The notes: generated by a model from the letters alone, not told the origin. DNA of 64,000 bases from Gemmatimonadota bacterium (GCA_039588295.1 JBDHAB010000006.1:1-64000), one strand, 5' to 3'. Shown: positions 31,595 through 41,494, counted from the first letter of the stretch. A program made the numbers and translations.

Positions 31595-34500
31595 AGCGCC
31601 ATCTGATGCACGGTTTGGCGGCGCTGTCGATTGCCGTGCCGCTCCACGCTCAGACGGTCGTCGTGGGTGTCGGCGGCGAGTTGAGCGCCAACCTGTTCGA
31701 GGATGTGAACGTTCCGGTCTTCGCGGATATGCGTGGTATACCCGGCGAGAGGCTTGGGAGCTACACCGTTCGGGTGAGTTGGGATCCGGCTGTTCTCAGC
31801 TACCTCGGGGTGGCCCCTGGGACCTTCGCCGCTCCGGTTGTTCGTACCGACAGCGTGTTCGGCGGGATCGTGTACGTCACCGCCGTATCGGTGGTTGGCC
31901 GGGATTCGGTCGTCGATCTATTCAACCTGGAGCTCTACTTCCACACAACGGGCACGAGTGCCATCGATATCCAGGTCACGGAGCTCTCCGGTATCGGACC
32001 GTCGTTCACCGACTTCGTCGCGGCCGCCGCCGTGTCGACGGTGAGCGGCACGTTCTGTCCGGCCGGCGGCAGGTGGGGCGACCTCGATGCAGACGGATTC
32101 GCCAATAGCCGAGACGCGCTGGCGATTCTCACGAGCGTGGTCCAACTCCCCGTGAGCCCGGCATTCGACCTTGCGCTCGGAGACGTGGATGGCGACGGGA
32201 AGGTCGACACGCGCGACGCGCTCATTCTGTTGTCCTACGCGGTGGGAATTGATATCGCCGGACAGCGGGTACTGCTCGTGGTGCCTGGTGCATGCGGCAC
32301 CGGTAACACACCGTTGATCGTGATTGTCCCGGACACCGCCGACCTCGTCGGGGGCCAGTCCGTGCGCCTGCACGCCTTGATTAGTGACTCTTCGGGTAAC
32401 TCGACGCTCGCCGCAGGCGTGAACTGGCAGGTCGCGGATCCCAGCGTGGCCACGGTCGATACTGCCGGTCTGCTCACCGTCCGCGACAGCGGGACGACCA
32501 CAGTCACCGCCGCCTTGGGACCGGGCATTCGGGCCACGGCGACCGTGATCGGCCGGCTTCGTCGGCCCGTGTGGTATGTGGATGCCACGACCGCGACGCG
32601 GCAGACCGTTCAGATGGGCACGCAACAGTGGCCCTTCTCCACGCCGGAGCTGGTCTTCCCGCACCTGAGCGAGGGCGACACCGTCATGATCGCCCCGGGT
32701 GTCCACGACTACGCTGATACGACGTTCAATTGGATCGACGTTGGCGCCGTGTTCATCGGCGATACCAGCGGCGGGGTCGCGCGGCCCGTCCTTCGGGCTC
32801 GAGAGGCAGACTTCGTGGACGCGTTCCCATGGTCGGGTGGCGTGCGCGGGGAGTTGCGGAATCTCGTGCTCAAGGGCTTCTACTACGGCGTGGACATGAG
32901 CGGGCTCAAGTCCCTGGTGATGGACAACGTCAGGATCGAGGCGCCGCGCACGGGCTGGGGCTACGGACTCTTGGTCGACCAACCCGCCGATACGATCACG
33001 GTCATGCGAAGCGAGCTGGTGGGTGACTCGGCGTTTGGCGGGATCGGCATCTACGTGAGCCAAGGTGCCGAACTCTTCAACCTGCATGACTCACGGGTCA
33101 TCCAGTGGGGTGGTGAGGGACTCTGGGGGTATGACGTGGATTCCCTCGATGTGCTACGGAGCGAGATAAGCCACAACTCCAGTGAGGGCATTTTCCTGTT
33201 GACATCGAGCAGTCCCAGCGTGAGCGCTCGAATCTCGCAGAGTCGCTTCGAGAGCAATTACTCGGAGACGATCTACATCGGTGGCGCGCGCACGGTGGCG
33301 CTGGACCACAACTATCTCTTCGTCGATGACGGTGACGCCATCGACGTCTTTGGCCCCAGCGATCCGCTCGGAAGGGCAGCCGGGGTCAAGTTCTCCTCGC
33401 TCGGTGACTCGCTCGAGTTCCGTGCCGACGACTACGATTGGCTCGATGTGTCCGACATGGATAGCGTGATCATCGATTCCCTGTGGTTCGAGAACCCTGC
33501 GGACACGGCGATCTATCAGTACGGCTGGATCCGGGCCAACTCCGCGGTGATCACGAACTCCGAGCTACTCAATCTGTGGCAAGAAGGAATCGACTTCAAC
33601 GGCCGGTCGTTGGCAGTGGACAATACAACCTTCACGGGGTGTCAGAATCCCACAGATTGCGATTGGCTCGACGTCACCGCGATCGACGCCTGGTCCGGCA
33701 CCGACTCCGGACCGGCTGTCACCATCGCCAACTCGTCGTTTTGGAACGTCTGGTACGCGCTGAGGACAACTTCCTCGAACGACAGCGCGGGGCCCACCAT
33801 CCTTCAGAACAACATGGTCGATAGTGCGTCGTACGCGTTCCAGGTCAACGGCGACAGCGTCGTGATCACAGACAACGATCTGAGTCGGATTCAGTACTAC
33901 GGTGTTTGGGACGACCGGTCTGGTGCTAACAAGCCACCCGAGTTCGCCACAATCGCGCGGAACCGAATCACCTGCGCCATCACGGCGGCGGCCTCGTATG
34001 GAATCGTTCATGCCAACGCGCCAGCGCGGATCGAAGCCAACACGGTCAACGACTGTGATTACGGAATCTGGGTGGACAACTCGACCGTGTATCCGCTCCA
34101 GACGATCGAGATCGTCCAAGACACGATCAACATGGACGTGGGGGGCACAGGCATCTATGGCATCTACCTCACGAATCGGTGGCTTGCGACCGTGTCGCAC
34201 AATCGGATCCGTAACGCCGGCATCTACGGGGTGTACTTGACGCCGAATATTCTCGTTGGTGACGCTGCCGCGATGACTGTGGACAGCAATGCGGTGTCGG
34301 GCTCCGGCTCCATCGGGATCTATCTCACGCCGTCTGATTCGATGGATGTCGTCGGTCGGTGGAACAACATCGCGAACAATGCGGTCGACGGCGTCCAGTC
34401 GGCTGGCACGGGAGTCCGCAGCTTCACACTGGGTCGTTTCGTGGGGAATGGCCGGTACGGGGTGTACAATCTTGGCTTGCAGACCTTCGATGCGACACAG

Positions 34501-34872
34501 AACTGGTGGGGGGATCCGGCCGGCGTCGGCGGTCCGGGAGCGGACACCGTGTTTGGAGCGGTCGATCCCAGCAACCCGCTGGCGTCCGATCCGACTGGGA
34601 CGGTGCCACCGTTGGTGCCCCCTGCAAGCGGACTCGTGGCGAACATCCCGCAAGCGACTGATGCTCTGCGCCCTGCACCGCAGGTAACCCGTGCCGCTCA
34701 CGATGAAGCTGCAGTACGGAAGGCGCAACGCATCGAGCGAATGAAACTGCGTGACGCGCAACGGGCTGCAAAGGAAGCGGAGAAACTCCGCCGACAACAG
34801 GAGCTCGGGCGCGAGAGGCAGGCGATCTCGCAGCGGCGCGTCGTCAAGTCCGGGGAGTCGCCCATGCAGTAA
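31591..34872 (+). CDS. Secreted cohesin-dockerin-Big_2-parallel beta-helix protein (1093 aa), paralog of 25917-29777
   Basis: Signal LHA-Q; LGSYTVRVSWDPAVL cohesin; dockerin GDLDADGFANSRD/GDVDGDGKVDTRD about 32075-32250; GDTVMIAPG; QNWWGDPAG. Confidence 0.8.
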   Translation: MKRHLMHGLAALSIAVPLHAQTVVVGVGGELSANLFEDVNVPVFADMRGIPGERLGSYTVRVSWDPAVLSYLGVAPGTFAAPVVRTDSVFGGIVYVTAVSVVGRDSVVDLFNLELYFHTTGTSAIDIQVTELSGIGPSFTDFVAAAAVSTVSGTFCPAGGRWGDLDADGFANSRDALAILTSVVQLPVSPAFDLALGDVDGDGKVDTRDALILLSYAVGIDIAGQRVLLVVPGACGTGNTPLIVIVPDTADLVGGQSVRLHALISDSSGNSTLAAGVNWQVADPSVATVDTAGLLTVRDSGTTTVTAALGPGIRATATVIGRLRRPVWYVDATTATRQTVQMGTQQWPFSTPELVFPHLSEGDTVMIAPGVHDYADTTFNWIDVGAVFIGDTSGGVARPVLRAREADFVDAFPWSGGVRGELRNLVLKGFYYGVDMSGLKSLVMDNVRIEAPRTGWGYGLLVDQPADTITVMRSELVGDSAFGGIGIYVSQGAELFNLHDSRVIQWGGEGLWGYDVDSLDVLRSEISHNSSEGIFLLTSSSPSVSARISQSRFESNYSETIYIGGARTVALDHNYLFVDDGDAIDVFGPSDPLGRAAGVKFSSLGDSLEFRADDYDWLDVSDMDSVIIDSLWFENPADTAIYQYGWIRANSAVITNSELLNLWQEGIDFNGRSLAVDNTTFTGCQNPTDCDWLDVTAIDAWSGTDSGPAVTIANSSFWNVWYALRTTSSNDSAGPTILQNNMVDSASYAFQVNGDSVVITDNDLSRIQYYGVWDDRSGANKPPEFATIARNRITCAITAAASYGIVHANAPARIEANTVNDCDYGIWVDNSTVYPLQTIEIVQDTINMDVGGTGIYGIYLTNRWLATVSHNRIRNAGIYGVYLTPNILVGDAAAMTVDSNAVSGSGSIGIYLTPSDSMDVVGRWNNIANNAVDGVQSAGTGVRSFTLGRFVGNGRYGVYNLGLQTFDATQNWWGDPAGVGGPGADTVFGAVDPSNPLASDPTGTVPPLVPPASGLVANIPQATDALRPAPQVTRAAHDEAAVRKAQRIERMKLRDAQRAAKEAEKLRRQQELGRERQAISQRRVVKSGESPMQ

Positions 34873-34965
34873 GTGGAGTCATGGGCCAAGAGTACGAACG
34901 GTAGCGCCCGGCGGATTCAGCGTCCGCCGGGCGCCTGCCGTTACAACCGGTTCAGCTTGGGCCGG

Positions 34966-36102
34966 TCAGGCCATTGGAGCCGTCGCTCTCCTCGGGCACG
35001 GCGGCAACGCTGCCTCGGCGGCGACAAAGTCGCTCGGCATGCTCTCCAGACACTCCAGGGGGTCGCAACAGGTGTGACACACCCGCTTGAACCCGCGGAA
35101 ACCCAGAAGCTGCACTTGTGGTGCGAGGAACGCTGGCTTGGCGGGCTCCTGGGCAAGCAGGTCGGTGCTCAAGTACTTCTTGTTGTCATCGCAGAACACG
35201 GTGACGACCACGGCCTCCGATCCCATTTCGTTCTGGACACGGAGGGCGCCGAGAAAGTTCGCCCCGGAGGAAATCCCCACGCCGAGCCCCAGCTCGGTCG
35301 CGAGCTTCTGCGCCATCAGAATCGCGTCGCCATCATCCACGTCGACGACAGCATCGAGGAAATCCAGATCCACAATGGGCGGAATGAACTCATCGGAGAT
35401 CCCCTGGATTCGGTGTCTACCCACGCGGTGGCCTGTTGAAAGCGTCGGGGAGCTGGCGGGTTCCAACGGGTGCAGTTTCACATCGGGGTGGCGAGCGCGG
35501 AGGAACTGACCGACACCCATGATCGTGCCACCCGTACCGACACCCGCGACGAAGGCATCCGGAAACGCGTCGCGAAACCTGAGTTGCCACCAGATTTCCG
35601 GCCCCGTCGCCTGGGCGTGTGCCTCGATGTTGTCACGGTTTGAGAACTGCCGTGGCAGGAACGCGTGGTCCGACTGGGCCGCCAGCTGCTCGGCCCGCTC
35701 GATGCTGCCGAGGAAGCCACCTTCCTCCTTACTCACCAGCTGAATGTCAGCCCCCAGGCTCCGGATCAGATTGATACGTTCGGCGCTCATCCAATCCGGC
35801 ATGAAGATGGTAACCGGGTGGCCCATGGCCCGCCCGATTGCCGCAATGGAAATCCCGGTGTTGCCGCTGGTCGCCTCCACGAGACGATCGCCTGGCTGAA
35901 GCGCACCCGTGGAATAGCCCTGTTGCAGAATGAACAGCGCCATGCGGTCCTTGATGCTCCCGGTCATGTTGATGTGCTCGGCCTTGGCATAGATCACGCG
36001 CGGCTTGCCACGAACGGTGAAGTCAACGGCGAGCAGCGGTGTATTGCCCACCAGACACTTCAATCCACGGATGCGGCGTTCGAGATCCCGACTGGCCTCC
36101 AT
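34966..36102 (-). CDS. PLP-dependent cysteine synthase family protein with Cys-rich C-terminal tail
   Basis: [41 protein letters not shown]. Confidence 0.9.
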   Translation of the reverse strand: MEASRDLERRIRGLKCLVGNTPLLAVDFTVRGKPRVIYAKAEHINMTGSIKDRMALFILQQGYSTGALQPGDRLVEATSGNTGISIAAIGRAMGHPVTIFMPDWMSAERINLIRSLGADIQLVSKEEGGFLGSIERAEQLAAQSDHAFLPRQFSNRDNIEAHAQATGPEIWWQLRFRDAFPDAFVAGVGTGGTIMGVGQFLRARHPDVKLHPLEPASSPTLSTGHRVGRHRIQGISDEFIPPIVDLDFLDAVVDVDDGDAILMAQKLATELGLGVGISSGANFLGALRVQNEMGSEAVVVTVFCDDNKKYLSTDLLAQEPAKPAFLAPQVQLLGFRGFKRVCHTCCDPLECLESMPSDFVAAEAALPPCPRRATAPMA

Positions 36103-36265
36103 GGTCCCCTCACACGACGGATCGAATGGTATCCTCCCAAAGCACCCGCGAGTACCGAAGTGGAGTTTACGGGTCCAGGCTGCAGTCGGCAATCGGACCC
36201 GACGGGAGCCGGTTGTCGACCCCCGCAAGCCGGTTAGCTTCGGGTGTGTGGTAAGAGGATTGCGC

Positions 36266-37552
36266 ATGGAGTTCGTCAGCACAGCCGGGGAGTCAACGCC
36301 AACCGATCTGCGATCGGCACTGATTCGCGGACTGGCGCCGGACGGCGGTCTCTACCTACCCGCTGCGCTCGAGCCCCTTTCCGCCCACAGCGTTGCCGAT
36401 CTGCGGGGGTGTTCGCTGCAAGAAGCCGCGGTCGGGCTGGCGCCCCGGCTCTTCGGAACCGCTGACCCGGCGACACGGCTCGGCCAGAACCTCAGAGACG
36501 CGCTGAGCTTCCCGATTCCTCTGGTACCGTTAGAGGAGCGGATCTTCGTCCTCGAGGTGTTTCATGGCCCGACGCTCGCATTCAAGGACGTCGGTGCGCG
36601 GTGCATGGCGAGGCTCATGGCGACGCTGCACGACCAGACGGAGCCTCTCACGGTTCTCACCGCCACGTCGGGTGACACCGGCGGAGCCGTTGCGCATGCG
36701 TTTCACGGGCTTCCAAACACGCGCGTCGTTGTGCTGTATCCGGAAGGTCGGGTCAGTGCGTTCCAGGAGCGCCAGTTCACGACACTGGGTGGCAACGTCC
36801 GTCCAGTGGCCGTGTCAGGAACGTTCGACGATTGCCAACGGCTCGTGAAGCGCGCGCTCGAGCATGAGCGGTCGCGAGCCGGGCGTCTCCTGACCTCCGC
36901 GAACTCCGTCAACATCGGTCGCCTCCTGCCGCAAGTCTTCTACTACGCCTACGCGTGGGCGCAGCTGCCTGCGTCACACGCGCCGCTCCTGGTGTCCGTG
37001 CCATCCGGCAATTTCGGGAACCTCACGGCCGGACTGATCGCCAAGCGGTTGGGAATTCCGATTGATGTCTTTGTGGCCGCCACGAATGCAAACGATGTTG
37101 TGCCCCAATTCCTGCGCACGGGCGACTTCAACCCGCGGCCGTCGATGCGCACGATCTCCAGTGCCATGGATGTGGGGAACCCTAGCAACGTCGACCGCAT
37201 GTTGGCTTTGTACGAGCATGATCTAACCGCACTGCGCCGCGACGTGGTGGGCCGGTCCTCCAGTGACGCGGAGACCCGCGATTGCATCGCCGAGGTCTTC
37301 GGGCGCACCGGCTACGTACTCGATCCTCACTCGGCAGTGGGCTATCTCGGGCTCGAAGCGGAACTGGCGAGTCGTCGGGATGCCGTGGGGCTCCTGCTCG
37401 CGACGGCGCATCCTTCCAAGTTCGCCGATATCGTGGAGCCATTGATCGAACATCACGTTCCACCGCCGCCGTGGTACACGGTGCCCGCCCGCCCGTCTGG
37501 CGACGTGATCCGCATCGGTCCGTCATTGGAGGCCCTGATCCCACTGCTCTAG
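36266..37552 (+). CDS. thrC: Threonine synthase
   Basis: [56 protein letters not shown]. Confidence 0.95.
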   Translation: MEFVSTAGESTPTDLRSALIRGLAPDGGLYLPAALEPLSAHSVADLRGCSLQEAAVGLAPRLFGTADPATRLGQNLRDALSFPIPLVPLEERIFVLEVFHGPTLAFKDVGARCMARLMATLHDQTEPLTVLTATSGDTGGAVAHAFHGLPNTRVVVLYPEGRVSAFQERQFTTLGGNVRPVAVSGTFDDCQRLVKRALEHERSRAGRLLTSANSVNIGRLLPQVFYYAYAWAQLPASHAPLLVSVPSGNFGNLTAGLIAKRLGIPIDVFVAATNANDVVPQFLRTGDFNPRPSMRTISSAMDVGNPSNVDRMLALYEHDLTALRRDVVGRSSSDAETRDCIAEVFGRTGYVLDPHSAVGYLGLEAELASRRDAVGLLLATAHPSKFADIVEPLIEHHVPPPPWYTVPARPSGDVIRIGPSLEALIPLL

Positions 37553-37687
37553 GGCCAGCTCGCATACCCGAAACAGACGCTCCCGAACGCGAGAAGACTT
37601 TCAGTTTGACGCTCGTCGTTACTCCCGGAGGGGTTCGGCCGTCTCTCTGTTGAAGCGAACGAGACGGAAACCACGGGAGGGGACATA

Positions 37688-38107
37688 ATGAGGAAGCACA
37701 CCTTGACCCTGGCTGCGCTGGCGCTCGCGTTGCCGGCGCCGATCGCGGCGCAGCAGCAGCAGCAGCAACTTCGCCAACAGCAGGAACAGCAGCTTCAGCA
37801 GCAGGAGCAGCTCCACCGGATGCAGCAGCAGATGGAACGGGTCATGAGCCAAGTGCGGCAGCTCAATCAGCAGATGGTTCAACAGCGGGTGCGCCAGGAG
37901 TTTCGACAGATGGGGCAGCAGATGGAACAGGCGGGCGCCCGTCTCCGCGAGATGGTGCGAAATATCGAACAGCTTCGGCAAGATCCGGCATTTGCCCAAG
38001 TCCAGAATCGCGGCGCGGACTTCGAGCAGCTACGGATCCGGATCCGCAACATGGTACGTGAGATGGATCAGGCACAGCAGGCGTTGAGGAAGCTCGTTGG
38101 TCAATAA
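37688..38107 (+). CDS. Secreted Gln-rich alpha-helical (coiled-coil) protein
   Basis: GGGAGG RBS; signal peptide; poly-Gln and heptad-like Q/M/R-rich body. Confidence 0.7.
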   Translation: MRKHTLTLAALALALPAPIAAQQQQQQLRQQQEQQLQQQEQLHRMQQQMERVMSQVRQLNQQMVQQRVRQEFRQMGQQMEQAGARLREMVRNIEQLRQDPAFAQVQNRGADFEQLRIRIRNMVREMDQAQQALRKLVGQ

Positions 38108-39015
38108 TGCGCCTGAAGTTGGTGGTCCCGCTCGCCGGCGGGCTGGTCGGAAGTCCGCTCGCCGCCCAGTCCCTGACCTACGAGGGAGGACTCTCTCTGG
38201 CGAGCGGGACCTACATCTTCACCGAACGCACCAACAGCGTGGCCCTGTCCTCGGGAATCGCGGTGCGGTTTGGCCCTGTGGCTCTGAGGGCAGCGCTGCC
38301 GCTCTACCTCCAGAACACCACGCTTGTCACTGGCTCCGGCACTGGGCTAGTCCCGACGGGGGGATCGGCGAGCGAAGCGGTTGCGGACTCGTCGGCGGCC
38401 AGACGCGGCCGCACACGAGGATCGCTCGCAGAGGCCAACCCAGTCCCCGCGGTGACGATGTCGCCCACCGGAGCACTTGAGAGATCCGAGGATCTGGTGG
38501 AGGTGCCCTCGTCGTCGGTGACCGGTTATGAGATGGCGATCGGCGATCCTACGATCGGCGTGAATATCCTGTTCGCCACCGGCAACAGAATCAACGCCTC
38601 CGCTGGAGCGGCCGCGAAGATTCCGGTGACTGATACGACGAGTGTCGGTACCGGCGAGTGGGATGTGGGGGCACTGGCCTCGCTCTCGTACCGGGTTGGC
38701 GTGACGACGTTCTTCGCGGCCAACGTTGCCTACTGGCACTACGGAGATCTCCCGACCCTGGAGCTGCGGAGTTCGGTTCTGGGGACACTTGGTGTGTCAT
38801 ATCTGAACCTCAACGGTTGGGGGTTTTCAGCGTCCGTTTATGGTGCTGCCTCGGCAATCGAAGGATTTCGGGACACCTATGCAATTGGGCTCGGCGGCAC
38901 ACGAATCAGCCGACGGGGCAGTATCGGTGTCATCGCCTCTCTCGGTCTGTCGGAAACCGCGCCCGACTTCTCTTTTGGTGTCACCTGGCGTCTCACCCTG
39001 CTCCCGGTCTACTAG
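38107..39015 (+). CDS. Predicted outer-membrane beta-barrel protein
   Basis: Signal peptide; IGDPTIG, KIP..GTGEWD, GLSETAPDFSFGVTW pattern; TAATG coupling to the upstream gene. Confidence 0.65.
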   Translation: MRLKLVVPLAGGLVGSPLAAQSLTYEGGLSLASGTYIFTERTNSVALSSGIAVRFGPVALRAALPLYLQNTTLVTGSGTGLVPTGGSASEAVADSSAARRGRTRGSLAEANPVPAVTMSPTGALERSEDLVEVPSSSVTGYEMAIGDPTIGVNILFATGNRINASAGAAAKIPVTDTTSVGTGEWDVGALASLSYRVGVTTFFAANVAYWHYGDLPTLELRSSVLGTLGVSYLNLNGWGFSASVYGAASAIEGFRDTYAIGLGGTRISRRGSIGVIASLGLSETAPDFSFGVTWRLTLLPVY

Positions 39016-39098
39016 GCCCGCGATCGCGTCCCGGCTTGCCACGCCGGAATTCTCCAGAGAGTATTGAAGGCAAACGAACCGGATGTCGGGGTGCGCTC

Positions 39099-40076
39099 AT
39101 GGCGATCCGAAGGATTGGGGTACTCACCAGTGGGGGCGACGCCCCCGGCATGAACGCCGCCGTACGCGCGGTGGTGCGTACCGGGGTCGCACGAGGTTGG
39201 GAGGTGTACGGCATCCGCCAGGGATTCGCCGGACTCATCACTGGTAAGGTGGGGCAGTTGGGTCCTCGGGATGTCAGTGGCATCATCCAGCTCGGCGGCA
39301 CCATGTTGGGCAGCGCTCGATCGGCCGAGTTCGAGACCGACGTGGGTCGCAGCCATGCAATCCGGGTGCTCCGCCAACATGAGATCGATGCGCTGGTGGT
39401 CATCGGAGGCAATGGGTCACAGCAAGGGTCGAACGCGCTCCGTGAATCCGGATTCCCTGTGGTCGGCATTGCCTCCACGATCGACAACGACTTATACGGC
39501 TCAGAGATCACGATCGGTGTCGACACAGCGCTCAACATTGCCATCGAGGCGATCGATCGACTCAAGACGACCGCTTCATCGCATCAACGAGCCTTCCTCG
39601 TGGAGGTGATGGGTCGCGATAGTGGGTACCTCGCGCTGATGGCGGGGATCGCCGGTGGTGCCGAAGCCGTCGTGATTCCCGAGGTGGAGACGGATCCCGA
39701 CGCGGTCGCGACCGAGCTGCGAGAGGCGTACGAGAGGGGAAAGTCCCATGCCATTGTAGTCGTGGCCGAGGGCGACGAGTACAACGCGGAATCACTGGCC
39801 CGACATTTTGCGGAGCACCGAGATCGCCTCGGCTTTGAGTTTCGCGTCACCACGCTGGGCCATGTCCAACGAGGTGGCACGCCGGGTGCGTTCGACCGGT
39901 TGCTGGCCACGCGGATGGGATCGGCCGCGACGGACTGCATTGGACGGGGTGAGGTCGGTGTCCTCGTAGGCCTCAAGAAGGGCGATCTGGTCAGCACGCC
40001 GCTGTCCCGAGTGGTTGCAAACACGAAGGAGCTCGACCCGGAGCTGTTGGAGCTGGCGCGCCTCCTGGCACGCTGA
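39099..40076 (+). CDS. pfkA: ATP-dependent 6-phosphofructokinase
   Basis: LTSGGDAPGMNAA, IGGNGS, TIDND, VEVMGR, LGHVQRGG. Confidence 0.96.
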   Translation: MAIRRIGVLTSGGDAPGMNAAVRAVVRTGVARGWEVYGIRQGFAGLITGKVGQLGPRDVSGIIQLGGTMLGSARSAEFETDVGRSHAIRVLRQHEIDALVVIGGNGSQQGSNALRESGFPVVGIASTIDNDLYGSEITIGVDTALNIAIEAIDRLKTTASSHQRAFLVEVMGRDSGYLALMAGIAGGAEAVVIPEVETDPDAVATELREAYERGKSHAIVVVAEGDEYNAESLARHFAEHRDRLGFEFRVTTLGHVQRGGTPGAFDRLLATRMGSAATDCIGRGEVGVLVGLKKGDLVSTPLSRVVANTKELDPELLELARLLAR

Positions 40077-40122
40077 ACACGCCCCTCTCGATCGACCTGC
40101 AACGGAATTCGGAGGTTGAAGC

Positions 40123-41460
40123 ATGTCGGCACTCGAACGACGGGACTTCATCAAAGGCGCGGCCGGCGTCGCGGCAGGCTTGGCGGGGATGCCACCCCTG
40201 TTGCTCCGGCGACGGGACGATCGCACGGTGCGACTGGGTATCATTGGAACCGGAGGTCGCGGGCGGAGCCTGCTTGGTCTCGCACTTCGGCGAGGCGACA
40301 CCGAGGTCAACGCGTTGTGTGACATCGACCCCGAGGCGCTCCGCATGGCCCAGGATATGGTGCGCGAGGCCCGAGGGCAGGACGTGGAGGGCTACGGAAA
40401 CGGAGACGAGGACTTCCGCAACCTCGTGTTGCGAGACGATCTCGACGCCGTCATCGTCGCGACACCTTGGCTCTGGCACACGCCCATGGCAGTGGCTGCG
40501 ATGCGAGCCGGGAAGGCTGTAGGGGTTGAAGTACCGGCCGCCGTCACAGCGGAGGAATGCTGGGATCTCGTTGACACGTCGGAGGAGACGCGCATGCCCT
40601 GCATGATTCTGGAGAATGTGTGTTACCGCCGCGACGTGATGACGGTGCTGAACATGGTGCGCCAAGGACTCTTCGGGGAGGTGCTTCACTGCCATTGCGG
40701 CTATCAGCACGACCTCCGGGACATCAAATTCCAACCAGGTGTGCAGTTTGGACCTGGGTCCAAGGGCGAGGCGCGCTGGCGCACGCAACACTCAATCCAC
40801 CGTAACGGCGACATCTACCCGACCCACGGCATCGGCCCAGTCTCGAATTTCCTCAAGATCAACTATGGGAATCGATTTGCGACGCTCACGTCGACCGCAA
40901 CCCGGTCGCGTGGCTTGCATGACTACATCGTCGAGCATGGAGGTGAGGATCATCCCAATGCGAAGATCCGGTTCGCGCTCGGCGACATCGTGACCACCGT
41001 CATTCGGACAGCGAATGGGGAGAGCATCGTCGTCATTCACGACACCAATTTGCCGCGGCCGTACTCGCTCAATTTCCGGGTCCAAGGTGCGAAGGGAATC
41101 TGGATGAGCGACAATCGATCGATCTACCTCGAAGATATGAGTCCCGAACCGCATCGGTGGGAGCCGTTCGAGAGCTATCGAGAGCGCTACGATCACCCGC
41201 TCTGGAAGCGCCACGAAGAGGAAGCCACCGGGGCGGGCCATGGCGGGATGGACTTCTTCGTGGTCCACGCGTTCATCGAGTCCGTCAAGCGGCGTGTGCC
41301 GCCACCACTCGATGTCTACGCCGCGGCGTCCTTCAGTGTTATCAGCGCTCTCTCCGAACAGTCGATCCTTAAGGGTGGCGAGCCGATGGAGTTTCCCGAT
41401 TTCACACGAGGGCGCTGGGTCAGGCGTGAGTTCTCCTTTGGGATGAGTGAGGAGTTCTGA
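40123..41460 (+). CDS. Tat-exported GH109 NAD+-dependent alpha-N-acetylgalactosaminidase (Gfo/Idh/MocA fold)
   Basis: ERRDFIK Tat motif; GTGGRG; ATPWLWH; EVPAA; LENVCY; YPTHG; GHGGMD. Confidence 0.88.
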   Translation: MSALERRDFIKGAAGVAAGLAGMPPLLLRRRDDRTVRLGIIGTGGRGRSLLGLALRRGDTEVNALCDIDPEALRMAQDMVREARGQDVEGYGNGDEDFRNLVLRDDLDAVIVATPWLWHTPMAVAAMRAGKAVGVEVPAAVTAEECWDLVDTSEETRMPCMILENVCYRRDVMTVLNMVRQGLFGEVLHCHCGYQHDLRDIKFQPGVQFGPGSKGEARWRTQHSIHRNGDIYPTHGIGPVSNFLKINYGNRFATLTSTATRSRGLHDYIVEHGGEDHPNAKIRFALGDIVTTVIRTANGESIVVIHDTNLPRPYSLNFRVQGAKGIWMSDNRSIYLEDMSPEPHRWEPFESYRERYDHPLWKRHEEEATGAGHGGMDFFVVHAFIESVKRRVPPPLDVYAAASFSVISALSEQSILKGGEPMEFPDFTRGRWVRREFSFGMSEEF

Positions 41461-41494
41461 TCGACGCGACAGGACCTGTCGAAGGGAGGCCGTG

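Noticed and set aside
25917..34872. Calling the cohesin-dockerin operon a true cellulosome
   Set aside because: No multi-cohesin scaffoldin, CBM3 or recognisable glycoside hydrolase domain; whether the beta-helices are lyases or adhesins cannot be told from sequence
37751..37810. CAG triplet run as a contingency locus
   Set aside because: Short, interrupted and in-frame, so it cannot switch phase; it simply encodes poly-Gln
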